From a virus, in IMG/VR virus record IMGVR_UViG_3300042691_051382: a stretch of DNA of 64,000 nucleotides. One strand, given 5' to 3'. Made by a program: the position numbers and the translations under genes. This document shows positions 62,119 to 64,000 of the stretch, in pieces; position 1 is the first letter of the stretch, and each line of letters opens with the position of its first letter. The notes under the pieces were generated by a model. That model saw only the letters and a list, made by a program, of their open reading frames with translations, searched no databases and was not told the origin of the DNA.

Positions 62119-63049
62119 GTGAATACTCCGATCGTAATTTTATATGGTTTTGAATCGCTGCGTCTTTCATTTTGAATTCCATGTCAACGTCGATATCCAC
62201 ACCGTAAGTGTTGAACACGTTGGTGGAGTAGTTGGCATGTTTGCGAGGATTCGATTGACCCGGAAGCGACTCGCTGTAGTGAAACAGTTGTCGATAACCT
62301 CTCCAAGTGCTAGCAGCCACCTCGAAAGCTTCTTGTGTGGACAGTTTGCCGGGATTGCACTTGTGGTGCAAATAGTCGAATGTAATGGGCGTACCGGTAG
62401 GTACATACACATATTTATATAGGTTTTCGACGGTCCAAATACCTTTGTCTTCGTTCTCTACCACAAGACGACTACGAGCAGCTTCGCCTAGACGCTCGAG
62501 ATTTGCGGCAAAGCGGTCGGCGATGTCTTGGATGTTACCCTTGCTGCAGTTGATGTGAATGTTCATTGGCGACTCGTAGCTGTTGCGTGCACCGAGCATG
62601 GTCATCACACGCGCTTCCATATTGAGTTCGCGAATGGTTTTGTCTACGGCTTGAGAGTTGTCGCTCGCAAGAACATTGAATTGATCGGGGTGATTGCTGA
62701 TGCGCAAACCATCGTCAACAAGTCGTTTGACGCGCAAACAAGCAGCATCAAACCGGTTTGACTTTTGGTTAACAGATTCGATCAGCGTGTCGAGATCAAA
62801 CTTTGCTTCGGGTAGCGTAACAAGCGGAATCAAACCGCTACTGACGCGATACACCCATCCACGAGCAAAGCACTCGACCGCAATCTTTTCGGTGACATTG
62901 ATGTTGTTCAACGCACGATCGGCGATGATAGAGTGAGACGATTCGCCAAGTTCAAGATAACGCTTGCGCGTCATGGTTTGAAACTTGTAGCCTTTTTCGG
63001 CAAGACCAAGGTGAATGCAACACAGACCGTATCGAATGTTTGATATCAT
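62105..63049 (-). CDS. uvsE: UV-damage endonuclease (UVDE)
   Basis: YRVSS, HPDQFNVL, NIH, LVVENEDK, FDYLHH, HYSES, HA, DMEFKMKD; start probably 63049. Confidence 0.9.
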   Translation of the reverse strand: MISNIRYGLCCIHLGLAEKGYKFQTMTRKRYLELGESSHSIIADRALNNINVTEKIAVECFARGWVYRVSSGLIPLVTLPEAKFDLDTLIESVNQKSNRFDAACLRVKRLVDDGLRISNHPDQFNVLASDNSQAVDKTIRELNMEARVMTMLGARNSYESPMNIHINCSKGNIQDIADRFAANLERLGEAARSRLVVENEDKGIWTVENLYKYVYVPTGTPITFDYLHHKCNPGKLSTQEAFEVAASTWRGYRQLFHYSESLPGQSNPRKHANYSTNVFNTYGVDIDVDMEFKMKDAAIQNHIKLRSEYSHAFV

Positions 63050-63054
63050 ATTGT

Positions 63055-63082
63055 ACTGTATGCAGCAAAATTTAGTTGTAAA
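63055..63082 (-). promoter_or_regulatory. Sigma70-like early promoter candidate for uvsE
   Basis: TTTACA-16 nt-TACAGT, 5 nt before the ATG. Confidence 0.4.
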
Positions 63083-63110
63083 CAAAAAAGCCGGATAAAC
63101 CGGCTTTTTG
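63083..63110. terminator. Rho-independent terminator
   Basis: AAAAAGCCGG-ATAAA-CCGGCTTTTT. Confidence 0.85.
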
Positions 63111-63118
63111 AGAATTAC

Positions 63119-63349
63119 TTATTGGTCTTCGTCTTGATACTCTTCTTCGTCGTACTCTTCATCTTCCGAGTACTCGGAGTCGTCGTACTCTTCGCCTTCG
63201 TATTCTTGGTCTTCGTCTTCGTATTCAAAATCTTCGCTTTCTTCGTCGGCATATTCTTCATCTCCGTATTCTTCTTCGCCATCGGTTTCTTCAACATCTT
63301 CGTCTTCATATTCAATGTGCTCGTCGTCATCGTAATACTCGTCTTGCAT
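63119..63349 (-). CDS. Extremely acidic 76-aa protein
   Basis: SD AGGAG, ATG 63349, terminator downstream. Confidence 0.7.
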   Translation of the reverse strand: MQDEYYDDDEHIEYEDEDVEETDGEEEYGDEEYADEESEDFEYEDEDQEYEGEEYDDSEYSEDEEYDEEEYQDEDQ

Positions 63350-63371
63350 ATAAAACTCCTTATAAGGAAAA

Positions 63372-63443
63372 AGCAGGTGAAGGGGATTGAACCCTCGACA
63401 GATGGATTGGAAATCCATCACTCTACCGCTGAGTTACACCTGC
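63372..63443 (-). tRNA. tRNA-Gly(TCC)
   Basis: Acceptor GCAGGTG/CACCTGC; anticodon arm ATGGA-TTTCCAA-TCCAT; U73; no encoded CCA. Confidence 0.9.
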
Positions 63444-63458
63444 ATATTTCTATATATC

Positions 63459-63665
63459 TCACTTGAAAGAAATTTCGTTGCGGCGCATCCAGAAAAATTC
63501 TTCACCCATATCACGATCCGGGACAGCAACAAGATATTGAGGACCCCACACCTTGTCATGCTCCACGCGAACCACTTCACCATACTTCTTGATGGTTTGA
63601 TCGCTGTGAACCACAACCGAACGAGTAGCATTACGAACACCAGAAACATTAGCAACATTAGCCAT
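63459..63665 (-). CDS. Hypothetical 68-aa protein between tRNAs
   Basis: GGAG SD before ATG 63665 (MANVANV...). Confidence 0.5.
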   Translation of the reverse strand: MANVANVSGVRNATRSVVVHSDQTIKKYGEVVRVEHDKVWGPQYLVAVPDRDMGEEFFWMRRNEISFK

Positions 63666-63729
63666 TTTCAAAACTCCAAGCATTTGTTTGGCGGCAACAC
63701 ACCGTTTCACAAACACTACTTTCTGAAAG

Positions 63730-63803
63730 TCAGGGTGACAGGATTTGAACCTGCGACCTTCTGGACCCAAACCAGACGCTCTACCAAGCTGAGCTACACC
63801 CTG
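63730..63803 (-). tRNA. tRNA-Pro(TGG)
   Basis: CAGGGTG/CACCCTG; TCTGG-TTTGGGT-CCAGA; T loop TTCAAAT. Confidence 0.93.
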
Positions 63804-63804
63804 A

Positions 63805-63888
63805 AACCCCCACCCTTGATGAGCATCACCTTGCGGCGAGAGGCTTGGTGGGGCAGTGGTTCGCGAATTGTCCGGACTGCAAACCACC
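63805..63888 (-). ncRNA. Candidate structured RNA between tRNAs
   Basis: Two GC-rich stem-loops, one capped by GCAA. Confidence 0.35.
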
Positions 63889-63894
63889 CTCTAA

Positions 63895-63967
63895 TGACCC
63901 TGCGGGGACTCGAACCCCGGTATCAGCCTTGAAAGGGCTGAGTCCTGGACCGCTAGACGACAGGGCC
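63895..63967 (-). tRNA. tRNA-Glu(TTC)
   Basis: GGCCCTG/CAGGGTC; CAGCC-CTTTCAA-GGCTG; T loop TTCGAGT. Confidence 0.93.
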
Positions 63968-64000
63968 AACACCACAGTATATAGCGCAGCAAACGAGTTT

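Noticed and set aside
63372-63443. Reading the first tRNA as Trp(CCA)
   Set aside because: The 5-bp stem and 7-nt loop centre TCC, and U73 fits Gly
63812-63850. Hammerhead ribozyme (TGATGAG on the plus strand)
   Set aside because: The core reads TTGATGA rather than CTGATGA, and there is no GAAA after the stem
63387-63932. 181-aa plus-strand ORF
   Set aside because: Antisense to three tRNAs, giving typical tRNA-shadow peptides such as GFEPATFWTQTRRSTKLSY

Overview
64 kb of a large T4-like myovirus genome (T4 superfamily, with gene order resembling marine and freshwater relatives rather than the enteric T-evens). Most of it is the virion morphogenesis module on the minus strand: uvsW, uvsY, gp3, gp23-gp13, a fibre/glycosyltransferase insert, baseplate wedge genes, PAAR, a ~14 kb fibre island, gp5, hub, gp53 and gp48. 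A divergent plus-strand block follows (gp4, gp2-like, gp54-like, gp26/gp51, tape measure), then gp32, gp59, gp33, an exonuclease, an FmdB-like protein, UV endonuclease UvsE and three tRNAs. Assignments come from recognised motifs plus synteny; no database search was run. Main findings: (1) the large terminase is fractured by an atypically split intein just before Walker B, with a ~31-aa IntN fused to an HNH/NUMOD3 endonuclease and a 114-aa IntC starting in frame right after the stop codon; (2) a canonical -1 slippery site joins gp26 to an unannotated gp51-like frame directly upstream of the tape measure gene; (3) a G-x-T-[G/A/S] motif recurs across many virion proteins next to a GT2-TPR glycosyltransferase, suggesting virion glycosylation; (4) gp4 appears to start at ACG; (5) a 63% acidic, Tyr-studded 76-aa protein and a structured RNA candidate lie beside the tRNAs.
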